Assembly: GCA_902767245.1 (NCBI GenBank)
Contig: CACXGO010000018.1
Location: forward strand, 27,708 to 91,707
DNA: 64,000 nucleotides
Source: an uncultured Erysipelotrichaceae bacterium
GTDB taxonomy: Bacteria; Bacillota_I; Bacilli_A; RF39; UBA660
Direction of reading: 5' to 3'
Under the pieces are notes generated by a model, which was not told where the DNA came from, made no database searches, and was given only the letters and a program-made list of their open reading frames with translations. Of the stretch, positions 35,966-45,979 are shown in pieces. Both the position numbers and the translations under genes were made by a program. Numbering within the stretch: the first letter of the stretch is position 1; every line of letters starts with the position of its first letter.

Positions 35966-36115
35966 ATGAAAAGTATGAAATGTGCACTTTACATGGGACT
36001 TGGAGCTGGCCTTGCCTTGGCATATAAAGCTTATGAGAAAGAAATTACATGTATGTGCAAAAAAATGATGAAAAAAGAGTGCAAATTAATTGAAGATGGT
36101 CTAGAAATTGATTAA
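35966..36115 (+). CDS. 49-aa small protein (hydrophobic head, Lys/Cys-rich tail); absent from the ORF track
   Basis: TAGGAGG RBS 5 nt before the ATG. The product is MKSMKCALYMGLGAGLALAYKAYEKEITCMCKKMMKKECKLIEDGLEID. It is followed by its own terminator. Confidence 0.5.
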   Translation: MKSMKCALYMGLGAGLALAYKAYEKEITCMCKKMMKKECKLIEDGLEID

Positions 36116-36150
36116 TTTTCATATAATATAAATGTATCATGATATAATTT

Positions 36151-36180
36151 GAGAACTCGTAGAGCTACGGTTCTCTTTTT
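36151..36180 (+). terminator. Rho-independent terminator after the 49-aa ORF
   Basis: GAGAAC(T)CGTAG-AG-CTACGGTTCTC followed by TTTTT. Confidence 0.7.
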
Positions 36181-36218
36181 ATTTGCATTATATAAAAAAT
36201 TAGCATATAATTTAGTAT

Positions 36219-36755
36219 ATGAATGAAATAGAATTAAGAGAATATTTAAAATTTTTAAGTAATAAATCTTATTTTGAAAATTGGTTTTCTATTGTTAAAC
36301 CAATTCTTTTAAGTGATGAATTTCAAAAGAGATTAAAATTTAAGCATCATCATAAAAGTGTGTTTTATCATTCAGTTTTAGTATCTTATAATGCCTATAA
36401 ATTTTCATTTAATAAAAAATGTGATAGTAAAAATTGTGCTATTGCAGGTTTATTACATGATTTTTATCCATTTCCATGGCAATATTCAAGTGATCTTGAA
36501 CATATGGATCCAATTTATTTAGAGCATTTAAAAATAAAAAAGCCACTTTTTAAAAAACATGGATTTACCCATGCAAAAGAATCATTAGAAAATATTCATA
36601 AGTATTATCCCATGTATTTAAATAAACGAGTTGAAAATGCAGTTTTAAGGCACATGTTTCCACTTAATATTGTTCCACCAAAATATGCTGAAGGTTGGAT
36701 TGTCACTTTAGAAGATAAGTTGGTTTCAATAAAAGAACTAGGGAGGATAAAATGA
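36219..36755 (+). CDS. HD-domain phosphohydrolase
   Basis: H...HD signature (HHKSVFYHSVLVS...AGLLHDFY) with later His residues (HAKE, LRHMFP). Confidence 0.6.
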   Translation: MNEIELREYLKFLSNKSYFENWFSIVKPILLSDEFQKRLKFKHHHKSVFYHSVLVSYNAYKFSFNKKCDSKNCAIAGLLHDFYPFPWQYSSDLEHMDPIYLEHLKIKKPLFKKHGFTHAKESLENIHKYYPMYLNKRVENAVLRHMFPLNIVPPKYAEGWIVTLEDKLVSIKELGRIK

Positions 36756-37441
36756 TTGAACTAGAAAAATTGTTTTTAGCTTTTATGATTTATTCCGTTT
36801 TTGGATGGATAATGGAAGTAATTGCAACATTTCCAGATACTAAAAGATTTGTTAATCGTGGCTTTTTAATTGGACCATATTGTCCAATTTATGGATTTGG
36901 CTTTTTAGGAATAACTATCTTTTTAAAAAAGTATATGGCACATCCAATTGGTTTATTTTTTCTAATTGTCTTTATGTGTTCTGCAATTGAATATATTACA
37001 AGTTTTGTGATGGAAAAGCTTTTTAAAGCTCGTTGGTGGGATTATAGTGGTCGTATGCTTAATATTGATGGTCGTGTTTGCTTAACTAATTCTTTAGCTT
37101 TTGGAATTATTGGTATAATTGGACTCTACTATATAAATCCTTATGTTGAAAAATTAATAAATAGTTTTTCAATTCCATTAATTAAATTTTTAAGTATATT
37201 TTTAATGCTGATTTTTATTACTGATATTATAATTTCATTTAATATTATGAATAAGTTCAAAAACAAGATAAAACTTGTAAATAAAGATAATACTGCAGAA
37301 ATAAAAGATAAAATAGACGAATTAATTAGTAATAATGTGTTAACAAGAAGAATTAAAAATGCATTTCCAAATTATAATCCAATTATCATTACGCAAATAA
37401 AGAGAATAAAAAGGCGATTTAAAAGTAAGAAAAACATTTGA
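36752..37441 (+). CDS. Membrane protein of the 'putative ABC-transporter type IV' (CmpB-like) family
   Basis: MIYSVFGWIMEVI...RGFLIGPYCPIYGFG...RWWDYS motif set typical of that family; 5-6 TMs. Confidence 0.55.
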   Translation: MIELEKLFLAFMIYSVFGWIMEVIATFPDTKRFVNRGFLIGPYCPIYGFGFLGITIFLKKYMAHPIGLFFLIVFMCSAIEYITSFVMEKLFKARWWDYSGRMLNIDGRVCLTNSLAFGIIGIIGLYYINPYVEKLINSFSIPLIKFLSIFLMLIFITDIIISFNIMNKFKNKIKLVNKDNTAEIKDKIDELISNNVLTRRIKNAFPNYNPIIITQIKRIKRRFKSKKNI

Positions 37442-37496
37442 CAAAACATATTAAATTATGATACAATAACTCTCCTCTAAGAAAGAAGGAGATATA

Positions 37497-37949
37497 ATGT
37501 CAACTATGATTAAAAATAGTAGTGAAAAGCATTTTAAATATATAGATATATATGGTAACAATTTTGTTATTTTTAAAGGTCGAAATGGTAAAATTAATTT
37601 TACTTTATGCCATCCAAAAATAAATGAAGGTTCTGCTCGACAAGAATTTGCAAATATTTCAATGATAATTCGTCCAGAGTCTGGTAAAATGTTTGAAGTA
37701 ACTGAGAAATTATATGAAATTGCAGGTAATTCATTTGTTATTTCAGAAGATAGTATTAGAGATGGTCGAAATTATTTGCTTTTAGAGCAAGAAACTGTTG
37801 ATTCATATTATTTAACAGTTGGTCGTGATTTAGCTAATGATTTAAATCGCCCAACTATAACTAACATAGAAGTTTCTGGACCTTATTATGAAGATTTTTA
37901 TTCAAATATTGTAAAAACAAAGGAATTATCAAAGAAGTTGTCACATTAA
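37497..37949 (+). CDS. Hypothetical cytoplasmic protein, 150 aa
   Basis: GGAG RBS, a clean ORF, and terminator hairpin 37934-37966 overlapping the stop. No motif recognised. Confidence 0.45.
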   Translation: MSTMIKNSSEKHFKYIDIYGNNFVIFKGRNGKINFTLCHPKINEGSARQEFANISMIIRPESGKMFEVTEKLYEIAGNSFVISEDSIRDGRNYLLLEQETVDSYYLTVGRDLANDLNRPTITNIEVSGPYYEDFYSNIVKTKELSKKLSH

Positions 37950-38021
37950 GTGTCAACTTCTTTTTTGTTTTAATGCAAAAAATGGCGATTTTTGGTATAA
38001 TAATAAGGGAAGGTGAATCAT

Positions 38022-41000
38022 ATGAAAAAGCTAAAATTATTGATTTTGTTTTTAATTCTCTTAGCAGTTGATGTTAAAGCTTTATCATGTGATAAAAAAT
38101 ATTCAATTGAAGCTGTAGATTCTGCTGCAATTCATGAAGCAATTGGTTGTACTGATGATTATAATGAAGCATATAAACTAATGCGTGAATATCCTTCGAC
38201 TTATCTTAAAGTAGCAACAATATATCACGATAATGTCCTAATAAATGCAAGATATGCGGTTGTTAATCTTGCTGGAAGAAGTGGACTTACTAATTTGTAT
38301 GATAATAAAAATTTAAAAGGAACAAGATATACATATTTTGATGGCAATTGGGGCTCTGATGCTGCTTTTATTGATTATGATATCGAAAAAAATACAATTA
38401 AAATTAAACTAAGTGGAGCAGTAGGATGGGTAGCAAGTAGTAAAGCTGATATTATTCCAATTTCAACAATTTATGGAAACACAGTAACAGCTTTAAGAGC
38501 AATACGTGTTCGAACAGCACCAACTACAAAAGAAGATAATCAGATTTCGACAATTCAAGCTAATAGTATTTATAATTTTGTTGAAAAAATTGAAGCAGAA
38601 GGTTATATTTGGTATAAAATTGGTTTTAATAACGAATATGCATACATTGCCGGTAAGAAAATAAGTAATGGAGAAACTTATGTAAAAGAAGCTTCTTCAT
38701 ATAACTTAAAAACATATTATTATATAAATAGCAGTGAAAACTTAATGCATTATTATCGTGCAAAAACTAGCCAAATAACTATTAATCTTGGGCCAACCTT
38801 AAAAATATTTAAGCAGAATACAAAATATTATAGTTTTGATGGTAATTATTTTTATTTAAATTTGGAAGATATGCTAGATGATTATTATGATGGAACTTAT
38901 GAACGAGCTTTTAATAAAGATGAACCATATTATAATTATTATTTATACTTACCAACCCATAATTTATCTGGTTATACTGCCGAAGATTTAAATCAAATTA
39001 TTAAAAATAAAGGTTATAAAAGATCTCCTGATCCTAACACTGTTTATTATACTTTAGAAGATGGTTGGACTAGTGCTGATCGTTCTGGAGTTTCTGCTTT
39101 ATATGATTCAGGTGAGGATTTTATAAAAGTTCAAGAAACATATGGAGTTAATGCCCTTTTAATGTTTGGAACAGCAATTAACGAAAGTGGAAATGGAACA
39201 AGCGCATTAGCTTTGTTTAAACATAATTTATTTGGACAAGGTGCTTATGATAGCTGTCCAATTACTTGTGCTAGAACATTTGATACTATTTATGACTCAA
39301 TTGTCGGACATGCACAATTGACAGGTAATTCGTATGCTAATCCTAACAACACTTACTTTTATGGTAGCTTTTATGGTAATAAAGGTAGTGGTTTTGGAGT
39401 AAACTATGCATCAGATCCGTATTGGGGTGAAAAAACAGCCCGTTTGGCTTATCAAAATGATAAACAATATGGTGGTCAAGATTTTAATGCAAATACTCTT
39501 GGAATTAAACAAACATATGAAGCAATTCCAATTAAAAAAGCACCTAGTGATAATGCAGCAAATATTTATTTATTAAAAAACAATAAAAATGGACACTTAG
39601 TTTCTAATATGAGTTATATTGTAACTGAAAAAGTAAAAGATGAAAAAGGAAACTATTGGTATAAAGTATATACAGATGCATCGTTAGATAAAAATCAAAA
39701 TTTAGTTAATAGCAATTATAATTTTAATTATAGTTACGGCTATATTAAAGCCGAATACTTATATGTAGCTAATCATGAAACTGAAATAAGTGCCGAAAAC
39801 AAGTCAATTTATCGTGGCGAAACAATTGATCTTACTAAAGATGTTATAGCAATTGATTTAGAAGATGGAGATTTGACCGATAAATTGGTTATTATTGGTG
39901 AAGTTGATTCAAATACTGTTGGTGAATATAAAATTATTTATAAGGTTACAGATAATTCAAGATATACAACAACTAAAGAAATTGTTGTTACTGTTTTACC
40001 AAGTGAAGCTCCAATAATTGAAGCTAAAGATATTGAGATTAAACAATATCGTAAGTTTAATCCACTTGATTATGTAAAAGCATATGATACATATGGGAAT
40101 ATTTTAAAAAATGTTGAAGTTTTAAATAATAATGTTGATATTAACAAAGTAGGACAATATGAGTTAACTTATAAAGTAGCATATGAAAAATTTAATATTA
40201 CCAAAAAAATAAAAGTAACAGTTATTAAAGATGAAGAACCAGTTTTAAATGCTATTAATCGTAAAATAAAATTAAATGAAGAATTTAATTTTATGACAGG
40301 AGTTTCAGCAACAGATATAGAAGATGGTGATTTAACTAGTAAAGTTACTTATGAAGGCATAGTTGATACTACTAAAATAGGTGACTATGAAGTCACTTAT
40401 ACAGTTAAAGATAGTGTTAATCAAAGTGTTTCTAAAAAGGTCAAAATTACAGTTGAAGAAATAGAATATATTAAAAAATCAGGTGAGTTTGGTTTTAATG
40501 AGTTAAGCTTTAAAAATTCTAAATTAAATATAAATGGATTTTTAGCAATCAAAGATACAAATAATACTAAAAATGATAACATTACTTATGATTTAATTGT
40601 TAGAAATAATGATACAAATGAAGATATTATTTATCCACTTGAACGCTTTATTGAAGGAGCGCCAGAAAAACATTATAGTGACTCAAAATATGATTATTCA
40701 GCAACTTGGTTTAAAGGAATTATTTCACTAGATAATTTAAAACAAGGTGAATATACACTTTATGTAAGAGCTCGTAAGGATAATATGGAAGCAATATCAC
40801 TATTTAGAAATATTTTTGGTAAATATATGACAACTAAAGCATCATCCGGTAAAAAAGGATTTCTATTTAGAAATAATAATTATTTAGATACTTATCCAAT
40901 CGAATTATTTGTTTATGAAAATGGTTTAATAACTAATACTGAAAATAATAGTCTTATTAATATGATAAATAGTTATAAGGAAATAAGATTAAACGAAAAT

Positions 41001-41402
41001 AGTCTATTTATTAAAGGAACATCTTATAATATTGGAAACTCTTATGCTCCAAGTAAAGAAGTAAAGCGAAGTATCATCTTTGAAAATAAAAAAACTTATG
41101 AGAGATTTGCATTTGATGTTGGTTCAATTGTTGGAATAGATATTCCGCTTAATACAAGTGATGGATTTACGCGTGAACGTGGATGGTTTGAAAAAACGAT
41201 TGATATTAGTTCAATTCCAGTTGGAGATTATATAATATATGTTCAAACAAGTGTTGATGCATTAAATGATTTTGGTGAATTAAATGATATATTTATGAAA
41301 GATTTGAGCAAAGTTTCATCAACATTTAATTCTAAAAAAGTAACATTTACATTAAATCAAAATAAACGATTTAGAATTGAAATGCATATAGAAGCCATTT
41401 AG
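38022..41402 (+). CDS. Large secreted cell-wall hydrolase: SH3b domains, a GH73 N-acetylglucosaminidase, three Ig-like (DUF5011-type) repeats and an unknown C-terminal region
   Basis: Signal peptide MKKLKLLILFLILLAVDVKA. SH3b-like RVRTAPTTKEDNQISTIQANSIYNFVEKIEAEGYIWYKI. GH73 motif GVNALLMFGTAINESGNGTSALALFKHNLFGQGAYD...YASDPYWGEK. Repeated DLEDGDLTDK...VDSNTVGEYKIIYKVTD units. Confidence 0.75.
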   Translation: MKKLKLLILFLILLAVDVKALSCDKKYSIEAVDSAAIHEAIGCTDDYNEAYKLMREYPSTYLKVATIYHDNVLINARYAVVNLAGRSGLTNLYDNKNLKGTRYTYFDGNWGSDAAFIDYDIEKNTIKIKLSGAVGWVASSKADIIPISTIYGNTVTALRAIRVRTAPTTKEDNQISTIQANSIYNFVEKIEAEGYIWYKIGFNNEYAYIAGKKISNGETYVKEASSYNLKTYYYINSSENLMHYYRAKTSQITINLGPTLKIFKQNTKYYSFDGNYFYLNLEDMLDDYYDGTYERAFNKDEPYYNYYLYLPTHNLSGYTAEDLNQIIKNKGYKRSPDPNTVYYTLEDGWTSADRSGVSALYDSGEDFIKVQETYGVNALLMFGTAINESGNGTSALALFKHNLFGQGAYDSCPITCARTFDTIYDSIVGHAQLTGNSYANPNNTYFYGSFYGNKGSGFGVNYASDPYWGEKTARLAYQNDKQYGGQDFNANTLGIKQTYEAIPIKKAPSDNAANIYLLKNNKNGHLVSNMSYIVTEKVKDEKGNYWYKVYTDASLDKNQNLVNSNYNFNYSYGYIKAEYLYVANHETEISAENKSIYRGETIDLTKDVIAIDLEDGDLTDKLVIIGEVDSNTVGEYKIIYKVTDNSRYTTTKEIVVTVLPSEAPIIEAKDIEIKQYRKFNPLDYVKAYDTYGNILKNVEVLNNNVDINKVGQYELTYKVAYEKFNITKKIKVTVIKDEEPVLNAINRKIKLNEEFNFMTGVSATDIEDGDLTSKVTYEGIVDTTKIGDYEVTYTVKDSVNQSVSKKVKITVEEIEYIKKSGEFGFNELSFKNSKLNINGFLAIKDTNNTKNDNITYDLIVRNNDTNEDIIYPLERFIEGAPEKHYSDSKYDYSATWFKGIISLDNLKQGEYTLYVRARKDNMEAISLFRNIFGKYMTTKASSGKKGFLFRNNNYLDTYPIELFVYENGLITNTENNSLINMINSYKEIRLNENSLFIKGTSYNIGNSYAPSKEVKRSIIFENKKTYERFAFDVGSIVGIDIPLNTSDGFTRERGWFEKTIDISSIPVGDYIIYVQTSVDALNDFGELNDIFMKDLSKVSSTFNSKKVTFTLNQNKRFRIEMHIEAI

Positions 41403-41414
41403 GCTTCTTTTTTT
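41391..41414 (+). terminator. Rho-independent terminator after the hydrolase gene
   Basis: GAAGCC-ATTTA-GGCTTC followed by TTTTTTT. An extended -10 TGCTATAAT for murE follows. Confidence 0.7.
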
Positions 41415-41468
41415 ATTTGCACACTTAAAATTGTGCTATAATATACTTGTATAGTTAGGAGAATACAT

Positions 41469-42848
41469 ATGAAATTTGATATAAAAACTGATTCAAGAAG
41501 AATAAAAAAAGGTGATACATTTGTAGCAATCAAAACGATTGATTCCGATGGACACAAATATATTAATGCTGCAATTGAAGCCGGTGCAGCTAAAATAATA
41601 TGTGAATATGGATCTTATAAAGTACCAACAGTTGTAGTTGAAAATTCAAGGGCTTATTTAGATAACTATCTGGAAACAACATATAAAGAAGTTTTTGATA
41701 AAATGAAAATTATGGTTGTAACTGGAACTAACGGAAAAACTACAATGGCTTATTTGTATTATCAAGCTTTAAATTTACTTGGTAAAAAATGTGCTTATTT
41801 AGGAACATTAGGGTTTTATAAAAAAGAAGGAAAACAATATAAATTAGACAATACAACTCCTGATATTTGTGAGGTTTATGAAACAATTGTAAATGCTTAT
41901 AATGATGGTTATGAATATTTTGCATTAGAAGCATCAAGTCAAGGACTTGCTCAACATCGACTTGACACACTTCATTATGATTATGCTGTTTTTACTAATT
42001 TAACACGTGATCACTTGGATTTCCATAAGACAATGGATAATTATGCTTTGGCCAAGAAAAAAGTCTTTGAAGACTTAAAAGAAAGTGGTAAGGCGATTAT
42101 AAACTTTGATGATGCAAGATGTAGTTATTATTCATTAGATAAAAATACCAATATTACATATGGCTTAAAAGGTGGGGATTATCAAGTAACTGATTATCAT
42201 TTTTCAATGAATGGAACTGATTTTTCTTTAAAATTTGATAATCAAAATTACAATTTTCACATGCAATTAATAGGTGAATATAATGTTTATAATATAATTC
42301 CAGTTTTAGTAATTTTACATGATTTAGGTTTTACATTTGAAGAAATTGCTACAGTTACACCAAAATTAAATAATGGAAAAGGTCGTATGGAAATGATTAA
42401 ATATAAAGACAATTTAATTGTTGTTGATTATGCTCATACACCAGATGGTTTAGATAAAATTCTTGGGACTTTTAAAGAAGTAACAAAAGGAAATATTTAT
42501 GTTATATTTGGGGTTCGTGGTAATCGTGATCGCGAAAAAAGACCAGAAATGACAAAAGTAGTAATGAGTTATGCTAAAAAAACCATTATTACAACTAATC
42601 ACTTGAATCACGAGGACATTAACCAAATTGTTGGCGATTTATTAAAAGGTGCAACAAGTGATAATTATGAAGTTATATTAGATCGAAGAAAAGCAATTGA
42701 AACAGGTATTAGTTATCTAAATAGTAATGATGCTTTATTAATCTTAGGTAAAGGACATGAAGATTACTTAAATTTAGGTGATCACACCATTCATTTTGAT
42801 GATGTTGAAGAAGTTAACAAAATAATTGACACTTTGAAAGTAAAGTGA
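41469..42848 (+). CDS. murE: UDP-MurNAc-L-Ala-D-Glu:diamino-acid ligase (MurE)
   Basis: Mur ligase P-loop VTGTNGKTT, EASSQGL, TNLTRDHLDFH and DYAHTPDGL. Specificity (lysine versus DAP) cannot be judged by eye. Confidence 0.85.
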   Translation: MKFDIKTDSRRIKKGDTFVAIKTIDSDGHKYINAAIEAGAAKIICEYGSYKVPTVVVENSRAYLDNYLETTYKEVFDKMKIMVVTGTNGKTTMAYLYYQALNLLGKKCAYLGTLGFYKKEGKQYKLDNTTPDICEVYETIVNAYNDGYEYFALEASSQGLAQHRLDTLHYDYAVFTNLTRDHLDFHKTMDNYALAKKKVFEDLKESGKAIINFDDARCSYYSLDKNTNITYGLKGGDYQVTDYHFSMNGTDFSLKFDNQNYNFHMQLIGEYNVYNIIPVLVILHDLGFTFEEIATVTPKLNNGKGRMEMIKYKDNLIVVDYAHTPDGLDKILGTFKEVTKGNIYVIFGVRGNRDREKRPEMTKVVMSYAKKTIITTNHLNHEDINQIVGDLLKGATSDNYEVILDRRKAIETGISYLNSNDALLILGKGHEDYLNLGDHTIHFDDVEEVNKIIDTLKVK

Positions 42849-42912
42849 TTTACATAAATATATTGTAATTATTATTAATGTTGATATAATTAAACTAGAA
42901 AGGTGTGTAAAA

Positions 42913-43929
42913 ATGAATCAAGAGAATAATTTTAATAATCAAAATAACGGATATAATTCAGGTAATGATTATAATCCAAATAACTATAATCAAAATAGTT
43001 ATGAACCAAATAATTACCAAAATTTTGATAATAATATGAATACTTATCAAAATGTACCTAATCAAAATAATAATGAAAAGGAAGAACCAAAGAAAAATAA
43101 CAATTTATTAGTTATAATTTTATTGCTTCTTGTAATAGGCCTAGCAGGATTTATTGTTTATGACAAGGTATTAAAGAAAGAAGAAGTAAAAGAGCCTGAA
43201 AAATCAGTTGAAAATAAACCAGGAGATGTTACAACTAAAGAACCAGAAAATTATATACAAAGTAAAATAATTACTCAAAATGTAAATAATAAAGAAATAG
43301 ATATTGAGTTTAAATATTTTTTAACAGAAGAGGAAAATGATAGTGACGAAGACAATATAGAGACTGATTATATTGTTGAATATGATGTTTATATAAACAG
43401 AAAAAAAATAAATGATAATTCTTATGGTAGATATTATTATGGTACAAAAGCAGAAAATTCTGGAGCTTTAAGCACAGTAATTTCAAAAATAAAAAACAGT
43501 CAAGAAATGCAAAATATAATTAAACGTTCAACAATTAATGTTGGAATTATAAAAAGCAATTATGATTATCTTTATTTAGAAGTTTTTAACTTTGAAATGA
43601 CTGGAGCTACTGCAAAATTGTTGGTTTTCGATCAAAATTATAATGTAATTCTTGATAAAAAAACAGGAACATCAGGAAGAGGAATACAAATAAATAATAG
43701 TTGCATAAATTATGATAAATTTAAAAATTATGTTGGTAATTATGACAATTATGATGGTAATAATCCTTCGTTATATTATATTGAAGATTCTAAGATTTAT
43801 TATTTAGAAGATAATGGAAGTTGTAGTGACAATGTTTTAAAAGAATATAAAATTTCATTAACTAATAATCAAGCGGTAGTAGAAGAAATAGCTACTTGCT
43901 CTTTTGAAGCAGATGGTGCTTGTGCATAG
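42913..43929 (+). CDS. Bitopic membrane protein with an N/Y/Q-rich head; paralog of 989..1882
   Basis: MNQENNFNNQNNGYNSGNDYNPNNYNQNSYEPNNYQN...EKEEPKK, a TM, then VYDKVLKKEEVKEPEKS. The ectodomain is divergent and ends in CSFEADGACA. Confidence 0.6.
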   Translation: MNQENNFNNQNNGYNSGNDYNPNNYNQNSYEPNNYQNFDNNMNTYQNVPNQNNNEKEEPKKNNNLLVIILLLLVIGLAGFIVYDKVLKKEEVKEPEKSVENKPGDVTTKEPENYIQSKIITQNVNNKEIDIEFKYFLTEEENDSDEDNIETDYIVEYDVYINRKKINDNSYGRYYYGTKAENSGALSTVISKIKNSQEMQNIIKRSTINVGIIKSNYDYLYLEVFNFEMTGATAKLLVFDQNYNVILDKKTGTSGRGIQINNSCINYDKFKNYVGNYDNYDGNNPSLYYIEDSKIYYLEDNGSCSDNVLKEYKISLTNNQAVVEEIATCSFEADGACA

Positions 43930-43940
43930 ATAAAACTATT

Positions 43941-43967
43941 AAAGTGTGAATTAATTCACACTTTTTT
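43941..43967 (+). terminator. Rho-independent terminator
   Basis: AAAGTGTGAA-TTAA-TTCACACTTT followed by TTT. Confidence 0.75.
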
Positions 43968-44013
43968 GTTTATTTTGTATGGAAAATAATGTATAATTAT
44001 TAAAGGTGATATT

Positions 44014-45135
44014 ATGATTTATTTAGATTATTCGGCAACAACTCCAGTAAGGGAGGAAGTTTTAGATACATTTGTTAAAGTAAGCAAAGATTTTATTGGA
44101 AATCCTAATTCATTACATAAATTAGGTGTTGAAAGTAAAAAAATAATTGATGCTGCAACAGAACAAATTAAAAATATTTTAAATATTGATCATGAAGTAA
44201 TATATACATCAGGTGCTTCAGAATCAAATAATACGGTTTTAAAAGGTATTGCATCTCGTTATAAAAATCGAGGCAATCATATAATTACGACTAATTTTGA
44301 ACATTCATCAATTGTCGCACCTTTAAATTATTTACAAAAACAAGGTTTTAAAGTTGATTTTGCACCTTTAACTGATGAAGGATTAGTTGATGTTAAAGCT
44401 CTAAAAGCAATGATAACAAAAGAAACAATTTTAGTTTCAATTGGTGCTGTTAATAGTGAAATAGGTATTAAACAACCAATTGAAGAAGTTGCACTTATGT
44501 TAAAAGAAATACCAAATACAATTTTTCATGTTGATGCAACTCAAGCAATTGGTAAGATTAATCTTGATTTAAGTAACATTGATTTAATATCAATGTCAGC
44601 TCACAAAATATATGGTGTTAAAGGAATAGGTTTATTATTAAAAAAATCAAATATTGAACTTGATCCTTTAATTCATGGTGGTAAGAGTACTACCAAATAT
44701 CGTAGTGGTACTCCAGCAACAGCTTTAATAGCTTCACTTGCAAAAGCTTTAAGATTAATGTATGAAGATTTTGATAAAAAATATGAATATGTTAAAAAAT
44801 TAAATGATTATTTAGTTTCAAAACTTAAAAAGGTTGAAGGAATTGAAATAAATAATAATTCACATACAATTCCTCATATTTTAAATATCAGCATTTTAGG
44901 AATAAAACCAGAAACATTTCAACATGCTTTAGAAGAAAAAGATATTTATATTTCAACTCAAACTGCTTGTGCAAGCGGTTCTGGAATATCCACTTCAGTT
45001 TTAGCATTTACGCATTCTGAAGCAAGAGCATCATCAAGTGTTAGAATAAGTTTATCTTATTTAACAACTAAAGAGGAAATTGATGAAACAGTTAAAGCAA
45101 TAATTGAATGTAAAGAAAGGCTTAGTTTGAAGTGA
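44014..45135 (+). CDS. Class V aminotransferase-fold cysteine desulfurase (NifS/IscS type)
   Basis: IYLDYSATTP start, PLP-Lys context SAHKIYGVKGIG, and active-site loop SGSGIS/CASG near the C-terminus. Confidence 0.8.
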   Translation: MIYLDYSATTPVREEVLDTFVKVSKDFIGNPNSLHKLGVESKKIIDAATEQIKNILNIDHEVIYTSGASESNNTVLKGIASRYKNRGNHIITTNFEHSSIVAPLNYLQKQGFKVDFAPLTDEGLVDVKALKAMITKETILVSIGAVNSEIGIKQPIEEVALMLKEIPNTIFHVDATQAIGKINLDLSNIDLISMSAHKIYGVKGIGLLLKKSNIELDPLIHGGKSTTKYRSGTPATALIASLAKALRLMYEDFDKKYEYVKKLNDYLVSKLKKVEGIEINNNSHTIPHILNISILGIKPETFQHALEEKDIYISTQTACASGSGISTSVLAFTHSEARASSSVRISLSYLTTKEEIDETVKAIIECKERLSLK

Positions 45136-45719
45136 AAAATTTTACAGCAGAAGATTTAGATGAAACAATTAATGGGTTTGAATTTAAAGACTTTGATGGT
45201 ATTAGTGAATTTAATAACATTGAATTTAACAATTGTTTATTTAAAAAATTTGTAACAAATAATATTACTTTTAATAATTGTTATTTCTTTGATTCCAAAT
45301 TTGAAGATGTTGACTTATCAAACACAAAATTTTATAATTGTTCATTTGTAAGAACTGATTTTTTGACCAGTAAATTGGTTGGAGTTAATTTTTATATGTC
45401 ATCATTCAAAAAAGTTAATTTTGTAGAGTGTAATAGTACATATAATAATTTTAGTAACGCAACATTAAAAGAAGTTTTATTTAAAAATGATAAAATGAAT
45501 AAGCTTGGTTTAAATGAAACGGTTTTTAATAAAACAAAATTTGATAATTGCAATTTAGATAATGCTGAAATATTTAACACAAGTTTGCAATTGATTGATT
45601 TTAGTAATTCATCAATTAATGGAATTTTAATTGATAAATATTCATTAAATGGTTTAACAGTAAATCAAGAACAAGCTTTGGCTTTATCAAAAATGCTTGG
45701 AATTATAATAAAGGAGTAA
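45132..45719 (+). CDS. Pentapeptide-repeat protein
   Basis: Continuous A(D/N)LxF-type 5-residue periodicity (NNCLFKKFVTNNITFNNCYFFDSKFEDVDLSNTKFYNCSF...). 4-nt overlap with the upstream stop. Confidence 0.7.
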   Translation: MKNFTAEDLDETINGFEFKDFDGISEFNNIEFNNCLFKKFVTNNITFNNCYFFDSKFEDVDLSNTKFYNCSFVRTDFLTSKLVGVNFYMSSFKKVNFVECNSTYNNFSNATLKEVLFKNDKMNKLGLNETVFNKTKFDNCNLDNAEIFNTSLQLIDFSNSSINGILIDKYSLNGLTVNQEQALALSKMLGIIIKE

Positions 45720-45721
45720 AT

Positions 45722-45979
45722 ATGAAAATAGTAAGAGTAAGTGCAATTTGGTGTCCTTCTTGTATTTTAATGCGACCTATTTATGATGAAATTGTGAAAA
45801 AATATAATCTGGAGTCAGAAGAGCTTGATTTTGATTTTGATGAAGATAAAGTATTACCATTGAATGTTGGTAATAAATTACCAGTAGTTATAATTTATAA
45901 AGATAATGAAGAAAAAGCACGAATTATTGGTGAAAAAAGACGTGATGAAATTGAAAAAGTATTTGAGGGATTAGTATGA
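45722..45979 (+). CDS. Small thioredoxin-fold protein
   Basis: 85 aa with the WCPSC active-site motif near the N-terminus. Confidence 0.65.
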   Translation: MKIVRVSAIWCPSCILMRPIYDEIVKKYNLESEELDFDFDEDKVLPLNVGNKLPVVIIYKDNEEKARIIGEKRRDEIEKVFEGLV

